64,000 nucleotides of DNA from Phoronis australis (GCA_002633005.1 NMRA01000141.1:297609-361608), one strand, 5' to 3'. Positions 1 through 14,364 are shown, counted from the first letter of the stretch. The notes: generated by a model not told the origin, from the sequence alone. Translations and numbers: made by a program.

Positions 1-77
1 TAGTTACGTCCTCCAAGTCCCAAAATGCATCCACATGATCATAAACAGTAGATGGCGTAACCGCTTAGCGCACTCAC

Positions 78-129
78 CCATGTCTTCAATCTCCATTCTG
101 TCGAGTTCACAAGCATCTGTACTGTGCCA
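78..129 (-). CDS. PRKAG2: Internal coding exon (WHSTDACELDRMEIEDM + 1 nt) of an AMPK gamma-subunit-like gene, expected just before the CBS1 core
   Basis: Acceptor gatgtcctttttgtcttccag and donor G|gtgagt; 52 nt, phase 0 to 1. ELDRMEIEDM resembles the L-E-K-x-E/N-x-E/S-D linker preceding the first CBS domain in human PRKAG2 and Drosophila SNF4Agamma (from memory). The CBS exons are outside the window, so the gene call is inferred. Confidence 0.75.
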
Positions 130-802
130 CTGGAAGACAAAAAGGACATCGTACAATCAGGACAACAAAAACGGATGCGAAACTCACTCTACTCAAGTAG
201 AAGGACGAAGAGTTAAAATTCAACTGATTTTCAAATGTTAATCTATTCCGACTCTCTTTCCAGAGAAGCGTTCATGACATAATTATCTTCATGTGGATGC
301 TATAACTGCCCTATCCTCAGCTGGGGTTTTCACACACTAACAATTCATAATTAGTGCTGGGTTTTCAATGACACTAAAGTCAGTCCGCGTCAAAGTTGAA
401 ACCAAAGTATTCCACCAACCAATCAGAACAGTTTTGAATGCTTTTAGTTGGAGGCTTGAGTACAACAGCTCGGCTTTGATGGGTCAGTTATACACCCATT
501 ACTACACTATTTGCAGCTCTTTTCAGTTTCAAAGCCAGTTGAAGACCACCTCAACTACACTACCAAAGCATAACTTTTCCAAAATCGTTTTTGAAATCCC
601 TCGAGTTGTGAATGCTGACAGTTGACAGTACCAGTTTGATCACGTTGTCTCAAAACAACTACAACTTCACATCTGTAGTATGTGACAAATGAGCCCAAAA
701 TGTGGCAACTTGAGATTCGGACCCCCCTGGACACTTTAAAAATGTGTAATCAGGTAACTAAATAACATTAGTTTCTAACATCCAAGACAAATAGCTAATA
801 TG

Positions 803-879
803 ACATGGGCGGCGCAGCACGGAAAAAAGTGAGGTGCTATAGCCCCTCCCCCCAGCCCCCTATGGTGCGCCGCCCATGT
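803..879. mobile_element. Tiny MITE-like element with 14-bp perfect terminal inverted repeats
   Basis: acatgggcggcgca (803-816) and tgcgccgcccatgt (866-879); GC-rich island in AT-rich intron; no clear target-site duplication. Confidence 0.55.
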
Positions 880-3109
880 ATAAGTCTTGACCAACAACCT
901 GACACAAAGTCACACAGCGAGGTCAGAGGTTATGCAGTCTCACCCGCACGACCAGTGTTCTCCACAACACAAAATGTAAACTTGAATTGAATTTCAAAAT
1001 TCACGTTAATGTGCTCAAAATCAATGTTTATACTGTTGGGATTTTATACGTTAAGTCTTGAAGTAAATACAGTGAACTGGTAACCAAAGTACAGCATATC
1101 CTAATTTGCTGGGAAATGACCAATCTCCCAATATTTCAAACCCGTTGCACAGGTTTTTGAACTTGACGCAAGTGAGCCAAACTTGTCATGGCAAAATTTA
1201 AATTTGACGCAGTGACGAGTCAAAACAGGTTGTGGAGAAGAACACTGAGGACTAAGTACCTGTAAAACAGGCAACACACACACATACACACACACGCACT
1301 GAGTTTAGAAAGCTTTAACCTACACACAAGGAAGGAGATAAAAAACAGTGGCGCCAAATGGTGGACAATGGACAAAACGGCAATGTCAATTACACTACAC
1401 AATATTACAAATAAAACTACCAAACAAAAACTGAAACTAAGGGGTATCAGATAAGTCTATGCAAAAATTGTCAATTTTATACAAGAGTTAAAAATCTATA
1501 GAGTTGTATAAATACGCGAATAAGAAAGTCAGTCCAGACATATGCATAAGCAAGACATGTTTGCAATGCGTAATTCAGCTTCAGATAGCTGCCAACACCA
1601 ATGTGACTATGTGGAGCTCATGCTTAGACAGGAAGCTATCAAAACAGGCCATGTTGAGCTCACACAACTAAACTAAAATTGCTTAAAAACTGCCGGGACC
1701 GGCAGTAGTTGCAGACTAAACAGGTCTCAAAAAAGTAGACAGGAAATGTGAATCGAAATGGGTGCTGTGAGTAAATTCAGCGAAATGGGCTAAAATCATA
1801 GGTGCAGTAACAGGGTCCACGAATTAACAGACAGGGTACACAAGCTTCCTCTGTTAACAGAACAAAACAAATCTCCATCACAGGTTGTTAGAACTGACCA
1901 GTAACATAACAATATTAAGTTCAATAATCGTGACACTTGCCACAAAAACAATCATTCCAAGAACCATCCACAACCAAAAGTGAAAAAAATTAATGTAAAC
2001 AGCTTATGTTAAAAACCCAAATGTTTGTTGCTCATCTCAGTTATAGACACAGAACACATCTCTTAACGACGATGAAGGCAATTACTGATGGCATGAGTGA
2101 AAAGGCACTATTGAGCAAACTTATTTCTTCATTTTCCTGAAAATTTTGTTAAGCGTGGAAATTTGCAAAATTTTGACAAAGTGCCTTCATCGGTAGAAAC
2201 AAATACGGAAAGATAAAGCTTTGAAATGTCAGTCAAAAATTGTAAAACTGATAAGGGTTTCGGTGACGTAAATGAAAATTAATCGAAAAAGCAAGAGGTT
2301 TCTTGAGTCATAGACTTTCAGAATTAGTAATGAAACAAGGAGAGTGTGAAAGAGTGCCACGTCTATGAAACCGTACTGGAACAACATGCGGCACTACAGA
2401 ATGACAAAAATCTACCACAAGATAAAAGCGTTCGCTGAGACAAAAATCTAGGGTACCTTGATGTCCCGCAGAAATTTTTTCTTTGGCTGCAAATCAAACG
2501 GAAAGCATTTCTTTACATGAGAACACGATGACTGTACTAATGACGTGAGGGGACAGCAGAGGACACACCCAAAGTTTGAAGTGAAAATATAACGTTAGGT
2601 TACTGCAGTACATATTTTCCCATAACTTATGAAGTTTTTAATCACTTTTACGAAGCAGTAATTGAACAGGCAAACTCGTAATAACACTTGCAAATTGAGG
2701 ATTTTTATGCTAATTGATGTTTTTTTAAATTTCTAGTTTTATCCCTTTTTCTGTTAAGTTCTCCAAGCACAAAGGTTATTTTTGTCATTTTTTTAACCTC
2801 AATGAAACTACAGTCTGTGTTTAAGGTAGCCAAAACCCACCCATGCAGGTGAATATAGCCTTCTGCTCTTTCTTTACATAACAGAAAGACAACCACATCT
2901 TCGTTAGCGCCACCTAGTGATGATGGAATCTCCCACAAAATTGACCAGTGCCATCCAACTACACCCGTGGCTAGACATGAACTTAATTTTGATGGCACAT
3001 CTCAAGTGAAGATCAAGGTTTGGAACCCAGATCCCAATACAAGAGAGAATGCAAAAGACCCAAGGGGCCCTACTAAGTGAAAAAGACCCAAGCCAGGAAT
3101 TTTGTCTTA

Positions 3110-3310
3110 ACACTCCCGCAATGGATACTTTCGACGAACACGGTTAGGCCACGCCTACCATAGCTACCGTTATGAAGTTCTACAAAAGCAATGTCAACGT
3201 GGCAGAAGTCCTCTTCAAGCATACTATACACAGACGGATTACCTCCAATGTGTTTTTGATTGTTGCTCCCTGAAACCGGTACCATATAGCGATGCATTAC
3301 AAAACGAGTA
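3110..3310 (+). repeat. Dispersed repeat shared with about 26915-27160
   Basis: caatgg-tactt-cgac..gttaggccacgcctacc..gaagtcct..acggatt..tttttgat..ctgaaac..ccatatag is colinear in both places. Confidence 0.7.
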
Positions 3311-4259
3311 CTACGGGGTCGGGGAAGCAAACTAACTGCTGCACACGGCATTATATCCAGGATACTATGGCTCTGAGGCCTATAATTGATTGTACCAGCC
3401 TAGTGAAGGGCCCAACTACATTCAGAAGGATGTCTGTCCAATTCAGGCTGCCACCAGATTAACTAGCAATTGTATGCAATTCTAAGGGAGGATGTACTTT
3501 GCTGTGAGAACTTATTCTTCAGATAAATAGATGTGTTGGGCAGGAGACAAAGTTCCTGGTTCCAAGACCAAGTCCCATGGCAGACGTCACAAAAATACAT
3601 GTCAGACGTCACAAAAATACACCTAATATTTACATATTACTTATGAGTACTATAGTGCTGAAAAATAAATTGCATATAAAAATTTTGTGTATGGCAGCTT
3701 CCTTGGGAAATTGGAAAATTTTATTGTTCGTGTTAACTCCGTGTAGCAGTTTGTTTACTGCATACGAGATACGAGAATGATCTCTCCTGAAGTGTGTTTA
3801 TCAATGATAATAAATATCTGAAAAAAGTCACGTCACAAAACATACCTCCGGTAACAAGTCTCCCCCCTAATATCAGTCCACTAGAACTGCTGCACCGACA
3901 AACACAGTTAGTTCACTTATAAACAGGGCTCGAAGACACAATAAACTAAAGTTCACTGATCACCTAACACCGTTCTCTGATCACACAACACTGCGCACTG
4001 ACATGGAGTCCGTGAGCCACGTTTGGTAGACTGGACACGAGTTGTTGGGTGCGTAAGCCACGTTGTATGAGACCATTGTAGTCACGTTTTGCAGTCAATA
4101 AATCATGTTTGTGAGCTGTGTTCATCAGTGAACTTATGTTGAACAATATGTGTGGTTCTGGTTGCCTTCAACAATGACACACACAGTCAAGACACATTGA
4201 CGCCAAATGAAAGCGCTCTCACAAGCGTCACTAGGTGAAAGAAATTAAAAATTTAAAGG

Positions 4260-5007
4260 TGAGATCGACGACGAAGTCAAGAACCTAAACAATCATGACC
4301 CTAAGCAGAAACAATAACAATTGCGATTTGTAGTGTGTGAACAAAGAAACAAATAAAAAACCAACAAAAGTGCAGCAAAAATCGGTCAAAAAAGGAACAG
4401 CGTCATCAGAAAACTAAGAATAATTAAAAAAGAGACATCCTAGCGAAAAATGTAAAACATCTTCTGAAAGCCCATTCAAAACTCTATGTAACAGAGTAGT
4501 TTCATAAAATTCGACAAAATTTTCGAAAAATTTCAAATTTTGCATTTTTTGAAATAAATTGAAAATCAAATAACATAAAAATGGAAAGTCTGAGAAAAAA
4601 ATTCTTACTGCTCATTTGACAGAGTATATCCATATGCAAAAATTCATGTCATTTGCTGTTCCTGTTAAAAATAGCACCCCAGCACGATTGAAAAATGATG
4701 AAAATGCACACGTGTAGCACACGTCTGCTACATTACAGATTTTCAGCTATGTACGTCAAAAATTGCGGCCTCTGTGAGCATTTGAATATGAATTCGAAAA
4801 CAAAATGGCCATCACAACCACCATCTCGAATCCGATCAGGACGAAAAACAATAGGCTTCGAGGCATTCACGTGACACATGCTGTTTGTAAATTTCACGGC
4901 GATCTGATAAGAATTGCGATCTGTAGCGTGTGAACAAGAAACAAACAGAACTGAAAGCGCCCACAAAGCAACTTACTTAGTGAAATTTCATTTCACCAAG
5001 TAAAAAC
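4260..5007 (+). mobile_element. Probable HINE-like element of a different family; left boundary uncertain
   Basis: Terminal hairpin acttagtgaaat-ttc-atttcaccaagt followed by an A-tract (4975-5006); internal repeat ttgcgat-tgtag-gtgtgaacaa-gaaacaaa at about 4320 and 4914. Confidence 0.4.
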
Positions 5008-5085
5008 ATGTCAGCAATGACATGCTGAAGACATATCTGCAATGATGCTAATAAAGACACGTGGACAACGATCCCTGCCACTCAC

Positions 5086-5207
5086 CCTCCTAAAGTCATT
5101 GTGGCTGAAAGGTATTGCTCGACCCGTATCATTTTGCATCTGCATCTGAGAGTTAGGTCCATCATTTCGGCCCCGCTCATCAATTGACCTACTGCGCATC
5201 ACGAGAG
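5086..5207 (-). CDS. PRKAG2: Shared internal coding exon (xLVMRSRSIDERGRNDGPNSQMQMQNDTGRAIPFSHNDFRR)
   Basis: Acceptor gtcgttttcgttacag|CT and donor AGG|gtgagt; 122 nt, phase 1 to 0; joins in frame to exon 129-78 (..DFRR|WHSTD..). Overlaps ORF 5011..5202. Confidence 0.8.
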
Positions 5208-5874
5208 CTGTAACGAAAACGACATCGCTATTACGAGACTACAGGTGGAGAGAGGTAAAATCAAAACCATTAGTACAAAAGGTATAGAGTCACCACAATA
5301 ACCAGGTGAATGAACTTCGCCAGTGACTCGGTGATGAAAATCAAAAACTCGCAGGTAAAGTGACAGCCGTGTTTCAAGAGACATGAAAGTTACGAGGCAT
5401 CCTGAAGCTGTTGTGTTTCGTAGAGGCAAGACACTCGAAAAACCCTTGCACCAAAAATCTTGACATATGAAACGGAAATGTTGTTTTTGCACAAGGCTAC
5501 TAACTGTAATTCAACAATCCAGTCTTGCTGACCAATCGTTTCACTGGAGGCTAATTTGATAGTACGCGTGAATATGGTTACGAGTTTATTTGGAAAACAT
5601 TCGCCTTTCACTCACATAACCTTGAGGCTTCTACTACTTGCTATTCAGAATGCATCCTTGCTTGGTGACTAAAAACTAGTTGACTGTTGACATATGTCAT
5701 TTTCTTCTAGTCTATACTGCACATTAATCACACACCTTGGTGCAAAGCTGCAATAGCTTTAAGCCTTCATTTAGTTTTAGAATTTAACACGTTTCCTACC
5801 AGAACGAACTTCCCAATAAGACTCCACATCGCATGTCTGCATGCATGTACGGTCACACATTAAGTGTCTGCAAC

Positions 5875-6078
5875 CAACACGACACAACACTCGCACACAC
5901 GACACAACACTCGCACACACGACACAACACTCGCACACACGACACAACACTCGCACACACGACACAACACTCGCACACACGACACAACACTCACACACAC
6001 AACAACACAACACAACACACAATACACACATGCACGCACATACGCTTGCACGCACGCACAAACACACACAGACACATA
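5875..6078 (+). repeat. 20-bp minisatellite x6 (gacacaacactcgcacacac) grading into degenerate (CA)n
   Basis: Exact 20-bp period over 5881-6000. Confidence 0.95.
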
Positions 6079-8022
6079 CAAAGCATGCTAACATTTCCCA
6101 ACCTTTATCCACTGTGATGGTGATGAGGAACAGAATCATAACACCATGGCCAGCTAGTGTAAGCCTAAAGAACAATACTATAAACAGGGCTTGGAATGAC
6201 CAATGACAAAAAGAGAGAAAATTGTCCAGGTGATATATTGTTCCACAACTAGGCTTCTGTGATGTAAATATGTTGCGTGTTGTAAAATTTAACTGAAGTA
6301 AACATTTAGCATGAATAAAATCAAAATAATGATGAAAAAGAGACGCAAAGGAGATAACTGGAAATCAAATAAGAGAAAATCGAAACCAAAAAAGGAAACC
6401 CTCTTAAAAGAAGAAAATTCCAAGCCCTGTATAAACAACCAGTATCTACCATATAACCAACCAAGGAACTAGGGGGTACAGCACCAGTCTGAACATTCAA
6501 AAAACTAGAGTATTGACTCTGAACTCAAACATCTCTTTGATGAAGAGTATATCAGCATGCAATAGAATTTGTTAGACATTGTTAATACCACAGACTACAC
6601 TACTAGACATCCTATAGAACACTACTTAGCTCTGCAGCTAGCCAGGGAAGAAAGATTTAACACTTAAAAATTCACAACATCCAAAATACTGAAAGTCCCA
6701 ATTTTTGATAGCCCTCATGCCGAAGTGGAACACTTTAAAAAGTAATTTCAAAAAAACATCTGAACATTTCATTTGTACCCCGATCAACCACATCTGAGAT
6801 ATGATGTTTTGAAGTTAGCTAAATTTAGACATTTTTCTAGGGTTTCTCATTAGTAAACCTTCACTTTATAACCTGTGATGTGCTCTTTAATTTTCTTTTG
6901 ACGAGCAAATTATTAGCTGCAAAGCAACCATGACACTTTCATAAGACAATTTCTAATTTAGCCTAAATTAAGCTCTTGTTCTCTACAGCGAAAATAATCC
7001 ATCACAGTCACCTACATCCTGTTTCACGGTCTTTGACAAACTAATAATGAAAAGCACTAAACAGAAATTAATAGTAAGGACAACATAGGATTATTTCATC
7101 ATGACCACAAAATAAGTAATACCTCTATCTGCAAAGATGTTTAGAATTTGTAGACAGGTCAAGTGAGTTAATTCTTGGAAGTCTGCATACAATGAATCAC
7201 CAGTTGCAAGAAAATTTAAGGAAACAAATGCTCAGAGGAAGTCAGCTCCAGTTTTTATCGCAGATTTCATGCCGTTTTTCCTACACTAATTATTCACTAA
7301 TTGCGAGCAAAAATAATTGGGAAAATGGCCATTCTTTTGATCATCCCACTGCAAATAAAGGGAACTTTACAAATTTTCTTCTACGACATAAACAGTATTT
7401 AATCCTAGCTCGTAGAAGAAATTTGAAAAATGAACTCGTTTCTTGTCCGCCATATTGTGTGCTCAATAGTTGAAAAATTACCGTACCAGGACATAATCAC
7501 AGTTATCAGCAGCAACTGTTGAGTGGCATTTTTTCTGTTCTTTGCAATAAACAGCTCTCGCCACCTCATCAGCCACTGTATCAGGGAGGCACTTTCGTAC
7601 TTTCCAAAAAGACGAAAATGGTCACAACCAGTGGATCTCTTCAGACTGAGCATGACGCAACGTCTACCTATCAAACCCAAGGCCACCTGCACTAATGCCC
7701 TGAGCCAATCTGGCGGTCACAAGTACTTTTGCAACAGGGCATAGTGAAACAACGGCATCTAGCAAAGTGATTACTTTCGTAATGTGCTCAATAGCCAGAG
7801 CCCACATATTCCTTGCATCAATTATGACTGTGTAACATGTAATGTAATCCCAGAATAGAATATCACTACAACAGGAAGATTTTGACATGCAGGCTGAGTG
7901 ACATGTTCATAATGGACTATATGACAGCTGACTACAGTACATTGTAAAGAACATGGGGAATTGAACAAGATGACCAAAGAACCACTTTCAGCAGACACAG
8001 ACTGTACTACGGCTACACTTAC

Positions 8023-8107
8023 ATTTTAAGGAGCTAATGATCGCGTGCAGTTTCCAGCTGCGATCCTCATATCTTATCCCAGACACATTCCATTTTCTCG
8101 TGTACAT
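8023..8107 (-). CDS. PRKAG2: Candidate alternative first coding exon (MYTRKWNVSGIRYEDRSWKLHAIISSLK + 1 nt)
   Basis: Start context gcagccATG, 28 open codons, then T|gtaagt donor in phase 1, matching acceptor 5207. Too short for the ORF track. Confidence 0.6.
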
Positions 8108-9494
8108 GGCTGCCAAAATTTCCCTCGTTAACGGAGAGGGTGGATAATGGTGATATCTCGTCATCTCGTGTACCGACGTAGCTTCCCAGGAAACTTTCTA
8201 ATGAAAAACAACGGTTTATGTGCTGAAGTCACCCTTAAAACAAAATCCAACGAGTCAAAACCAGAGTCAATTCGTCAATAATTCAAGGCGATTCCTTTGG
8301 CAAGAAACAAATTTGTAATCCAAGGAGTATGTTTTCATCCTGAGTACAGATCCAAACTCAAGGTAAGATTCAGTGCGAGCATAACAGTTCCTCTCAATTC
8401 CGAACAACTTCAAAACAACAACCAGGCAGCAATCCACGATTTTATCAAGCCCACAACAATAACAACAGTACTTCTCCCAGCCAATGATGAACACCTAGGA
8501 AGCCCAACAGCCAATCAGATGACTCAGCCACAGATTATCTCTGACAATCCAGGGTTCACTGGTTAGGAGGCCTGGATAGGCAGCCAACAGCTATGCATGG
8601 CTGCAAATAGCCTGACTGCACCAAGTGCCCCTGAACATGAATTAGAAATGAGCTAACACAGGTACTTCCCAGCAATGAATGACCACCACTTTCAAGTTTA
8701 ATGACCTCTCGCTGCTTTCATGACCAGGTAACCACCACCTTTGGGCAGTCACCGACAACATAAATCATTTCACCATTTCTACAAAAAGCATAATTACAGC
8801 CCCGGAAAGCCTTTTGGAATAGCCAGTGCCTGGGGACAAGAATCAGATGATTTGCACACAGTGAATGCAGTAAAACCTCACCAGTTTTGCAGGGAAAGAA
8901 GTGACAAAATTCATGATTATTCCTTTTTCAAGGACTTTGGACAATTTTTCAAAGCATCATCTGGCAATAGCTTATTGTACTGAAACTTAAAAAAACTGAT
9001 GAAACATTTACTTAATGCCCTTCCTCTTCTATCAAAAACGATCAAATTGTATTTTACTTGTCCGTCACATTATGTCCTAAATTGGAAAATTTTATCTGAA
9101 CTGGACATTCTTCAATGGTTTGTACAATTAAAGACTGAGATATCAGGTTGCTATTAATGGCAAAATGCCATATGGCTGATACCACATTAAACTGAAAAAG
9201 TTCCATTTATTATGACTGCATGTGCGCCATGTCCATAATTTGAGTATTTGACAAGATATGAACTTAAATTTCTGGAACACATATCAGGCACACGACCGTG
9301 ATCACGGAAGTGCTGTCTTTCATAATTTATCTAGTAAATACAGAAAAAGGTAGCAAATTTTCTCTTATTCATATTCAGGTCACAAAATACTGAAGTCACA
9401 ATGTTCTTCAATCAACACCGGCCGCAGCCTTCACATCAGTAACGCATATGCTAATTTTCATAATGATCCTTCAAGTGGTTTGGCACAGAGATGC

Positions 9495-9620
9495 AGAAGC
9501 CAAGAAACGGAGACTCGAAAATGTAAATAAAAAAATGGGCACTAGGTGGCGCAGAACAGGTGAAATCTGTCAGAAACTGGAAAGGCAGCGTAGTCTCCTT
9601 ATTCCATGAAAATCCATCAA
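9495..9620 (+). mobile_element. Fragment of the same HINE-like family
   Basis: gactcgaaaa..aaaatgggcactaggtggcgcagaa..ttccatgaaaatc matches monomers in 45636-47125. Confidence 0.5.
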
Positions 9621-12600
9621 AGAAACTCATCGGACCAATCCGCACACAGTGTTGCAAATGCAGGACCATCCACATCGGCAAGAACCTCAAAACCACCAAA
9701 ACTTTCGCCATTTATAGTCATTGCATCAACAAACAAGTCCAACCCCCCCCTCCCCCGGGACAATTAGGTGAAGAAAGTTCAACTTCAATAATCTGACAGA
9801 ATGCAACAGGAAGAACACACAAATGTTCACAACCTGAAATAACGTTTTGTCTCAGACCGAGTGAATGAGCTCATCTGTATATAGTCAGCTTGCGGTCAGG
9901 ACTGTTGGTTGCCTACAGCAATGTGACAGAAAGGCTGTGGGATTTGACATTTCTCAGCATCTTCTATTAACTTTTTAGAATGATCATGGATTGTGGGATA
10001 TTTCACTTATTGGAACAAAAAATTCAACGTTGTAAAATGCTCATGAACAAAAGAGTAACGATAATGTCTCTGGCAACTCGGCCCATCTAGCTTACCAGAA
10101 TTTTAATTTGTGTCGAGTGGAAGTCACGTTCATAGTCTCACCATGCTTAAGAGATCTTTCTATGTACGGTAGGATACGTATCCCTTATTTCCACAGATGT
10201 GCACAGTGCAATTAAAAGATTGGTTGCAGAGGTACTATCTACATCAGAATATTAATGCAGGTGTATATTACAGCTCTTTTATTGCAACCTTCCTATGAAT
10301 TCAAACACAGGATAAACAGAGCCAAATTAATGAAATCCAAGTTTAACATTACAGTTGTCATGCTATCACAACACACGGTCAGGGGCAAGCAACATTCTTG
10401 TAAGGCATTTTGGGTCATGGACTAAATAGAGTACCACCAATAATCTCAGAGCGCATCAGATGCTTTATACACTTTACAGCCCCACGCAGCAGCAGCGCCA
10501 CGAGTGAACACCATTTGGTCCACGTTTTGAAGTGCAACACTTGGATATGCTTTTAAAGAGCATTTCTCATTACTCATGATAACAGAATGGCTCCATCAGG
10601 ATTCATAGATTGCTTTTAGGGATATAATTTGTACCCATTACTTACTTGATTTATTGCGATTACGGCATGAACTAATAAACACCGATTATGTACTTATATT
10701 TTTTTATAATCACTATACAGATAGAGTACAATGCCAGTCTCCATCTCTTACTAGTTATTGGGTGAGCATCCACTCTGTTTAAAACTACAACAGTTTTCAT
10801 ATAACCAGTTGACATATTTACCATATCTGACTCTAAACAGCTGATGGAGATCATGCATAGGAAGGGTACTCTTATCAACACATCTAGAACTACATGGGCC
10901 ACACAAATAACTTATCAGGTCCAGAATGGTTATTACCATGTGTTCAGGACAAGTTGCAGTGTCACAGGTGGCTTTGGGTCATTCCTTGTTGACACCTCTC
11001 AAACCATCATTTGATTATGTGCTAGGTGTCATTTCCCAAAGGTCAACTATGAATGCTATGGATATTTTCAGTTATGATTACAATAGCCACTTGCTACAGC
11101 AGCTGGATTCCTTTGTTTGATACTTAGATAGATCTGGGTAGTGTTCAGTAATGCTGGGTCCTAGCTAAATTCTATTCAAAATCATATCTCTCATGAAGTC
11201 TTCCTTTTTAGGAAGGCCCTTGACATGCTGAAATCTACCCAGACCAAGGGCTATTTGCACTATGCAATCTGTCATTTACGATACAATTTTGTCGTCGTCA
11301 TCATCATAAAATCATACTCATAGAATTTCATTAATTTTTGCAACTTGTTACAGTGTTTCTTAATATAATAATCATCTTTGCCATCAGCAGCACCACCACC
11401 ATCACATCACATCACATCTTTTGTTTGCTAAGTACTTCGCTCCTCATTCAGTCTTAGCTGAAACGTGTTGAAACACACAGCTTGGGTCTCCCTAAAACTG
11501 GCGATTAAAATTACTGTCCTTCGCAACTCCGATCACTATCACTAGTTATAACTACGATATACAGCTGCACCAGTCTTGCCAAAGCTTAATCCATCTAACT
11601 ACCACATTACCCAACACCCAGACAGGTACATGCACCAGGTCATGTAGGACTTCTGATAAGCCAACTGCATATCACATCACAAGGATAAACACTATAGCTG
11701 TAACACTTGTCAGGTTGCTTACTAACAGAAAATTAAGCAAATTTAAGGGCCCTTTGGCAGGTCTAGGATCAAGGGAAGGCAATCACAATTTATGTAATAA
11801 CAGCATCAAAAAACGGCTTACCGACTACGTTTCTTGGCTTTGTCTTCAGGGGGTGCCAAATTTGCCTATGGTGCCAACAGCTTTAAGGGCATACAGAAGT
11901 TGTATGATCAGTAACATTTCTTCGATTTACAACAGGCGTCAAAGTTTTAAGAAAAAATAAAATAAACACTTGAGTGAAAAGCCATGGCATTTTAGCATAG
12001 TATAGCTGTCATCAAAACAACAAATTGTGAGACTGAACACATTTTCATGACCGGTAACTTTTTAAAAGCTGGAAAGTGACGTTTTGGCAATTGTTTTAGT
12101 CGGGAATTAAAACGGAAAATTTCGCCAAGTAATCAACAGTAGTTACCATAGTGTACAAAAGCAATGTCAGACGAGGTATTGCAAGCTAGTGCCAGCAATT
12201 AAGAAAGGGTCTGGACCTTTCAAGACTGATAACATAAGGCCTGAAGGCATGCATTTCTCTACTGCTCTACTACTGCCACCTGGTGGGTTTCATAAGTCAC
12301 TGTCATGGGGTGGGGTTTTGTTTACACTTAGCATTAATGTGACAACAAAAAATGTAAGAGACTACAAGGTCAGACATCAAGAAATGCCAACTGATAAGAT
12401 CCTCATTACCTTCCCTTTGGAAGCCCTTAAAAACACAAGTAATATTTATAATATGACTAACTACTGCCCAATTCCACAAATTCTAAATTTTAGCATGGAA
12501 CACTGACATTTTTCCTTTCTAGTCATTCAAAACTATGGCAACAATGTGCCATAATTTATCACACACCCCCATCCACAGTTTAAGTGGCCGACATTGCACT

Positions 12601-12903
12601 TGTGAAAAAAGTGCAATACTGCAGAAGCCACAATACCACCAGCCATTTTATAAACTTTATATTTATTTTGCACATTAACCTTACGATAATTCAGGCCACT
12701 CTACTTAATTTGCTCACTCCCGCCTTGAAACAAAATTATTTAATTAATGATGTGCGATTATGCAGACGGATACCGTTAGCGCAACGAAAGCTGAAGCCTA
12801 CACGGCCAAAACAAAACGTGCCCCTTTCACAAAAGTGAGATGCAAGTGATCTTTGCTAAGGTACAAACTGACGCCAACGTGAAGAATGGCAAGAATTTTG
12901 TCA

Positions 12904-14364
12904 TAATAACATTAATCTAACAAGCGCTACATCACAAATAGTTGTAATAATGATGGCCAGATTCATATCCATTGGCACTAATTGCTTAATCAAAGGCAAT
13001 TTCCCCGGCAATCAGCACCATGGTCGCTGGAGGGTCAACTCATTAAGTACATGTATAGAAAATTAGACAATCTAAACCTCGTTTAACGACTAATCGCTGT
13101 ATGAACATTGCACCTTATGATCTCATAGTGATTTGGCCAATTCAGAAGCAATTTGCGAAGACGCCATTGAAGTTAAACTAACTGTAAAATAGCAAATTAT
13201 TGAGCTTTCTTACGAGAGTCTGCAGTTCTATCTTGGACATTTTATGGTGGCTTTCTGTAAAAATGACCTAAATTACCACTTTTCACCATTTTTAAATGTG
13301 GTGCCATGGGTTTACCACTTTTAGCAGAAAACCATAAATGCACCTCACCAACAAATGACCACTTTCTTCAACCTGCCAATTCCACTGAAGGTTACATTAG
13401 GACTCTTTAAATGAGCAAATTTGGCTTTTCTCGCAGTTTTCGCAAGCAGCAACATCAAAGAACTTAGGAACGCTCTACCTTCACAGTTGTTTCAAAACAC
13501 TATCANCGTCGTTGTACTCAATGTTATCATCGATCTTAATCTAAAAGGTCGGGGATTCGCGTTTCCTATTAGCACAGGGCGGTAATCACCAATCGGCAAA
13601 AGTAGGGGATGGGCGGTTAACCGAGCAGTGGGCGGTTAATTGGAAATCTTCAAAAATAGCAGGGAGGCGGTTAACCGAGCAGTGGGCGGTTAAATCGAAA
13701 TTCACCTAAAGTAGGGGGTGGGCGGTTAACTGAGCATGGGCGTTAACCCGAACGATTACGGTAATAACATTAATCTAACAAGCGCTACATCACAAATAGT
13801 TGTAATAATGATGGCCAGATTCATATCCACTGGCACTAATTGCTTAATCAAAGGCAATTTCCCCGGCAATCAGCACCATGGTCGCTGGAGGGTCAACTCA
13901 TTAAGTACATGTATAGAAGAATTAGACAATCTAAACCTCGTTTAACGACTAATCGCTGTATGAACATTGCACCTTATGATCTCATAGTGATTTGGCCAAT
14001 TCAGAAGCAATTTGCGAAGACGCCATTGAAGTTAAACTAACTGTAAAATAGCATATTATTGAGCTTTCTCACGAGAGTCTGCAGTTCTATCTTGGACATT
14101 TTATGGTGGCTTTCTGTAAAAATGACCTAAATTACCACTTTTCACCATTTTTAAATGTGGTGCCATGGGTTTACCACTTTTAGCAGAAAACCATAAATGC
14201 ACCTCACCAACAAATGACCACTTTCTTCAACCTGCCAATTCCACTGAAGGTTACATTAGGACTCTTTAAATGAGCAAATTTGGCTTTTCTCGCAGTTTTC
14301 GCAAGCAGCAACATCAAAGAACTTAGGAACGCTCTACCTTCACAGTTGTTTCAAAACACTATCA
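12904..14364 (+). repeat. ~600 bp near-identical direct duplication (12904-13505 and 13762-14364) around the N at 13506
   Basis: I saw only about 4 differences between copies; the first copy ends exactly at the N. Confidence 0.95.
13507..13763 (-). mobile_element. Terminal fragment of a TA-targeting MITE-like element (Tc1/mariner or pogo type), cut by an N gap
   Basis: Minus-strand end reads TA|CCGTAATCGTTCGGGTTAACGCCCA; subterminal repeats gggcggttaaccgagcagtgggcggttaa; the empty site tcaTAataac is at 12901-12910. Confidence 0.55.

Noticed and set aside
3985-4077. Possible first exon MVSYNVAYAPNNSCPVYQTWLTDS
   Set aside because: The only plausible donor (gtcagt) is phase 2 and does not fit acceptor 129; otherwise the frame hits a stop.
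5777-6206. Five overlapping Cys/Val- or His/Thr-rich ORFs
   Set aside because: They are translations of the 20-bp minisatellite and CA tract.
12904-14364. True segmental duplication
   Set aside because: The copy ends exactly at an N and shows allele-level divergence, so an assembly artefact is more likely.
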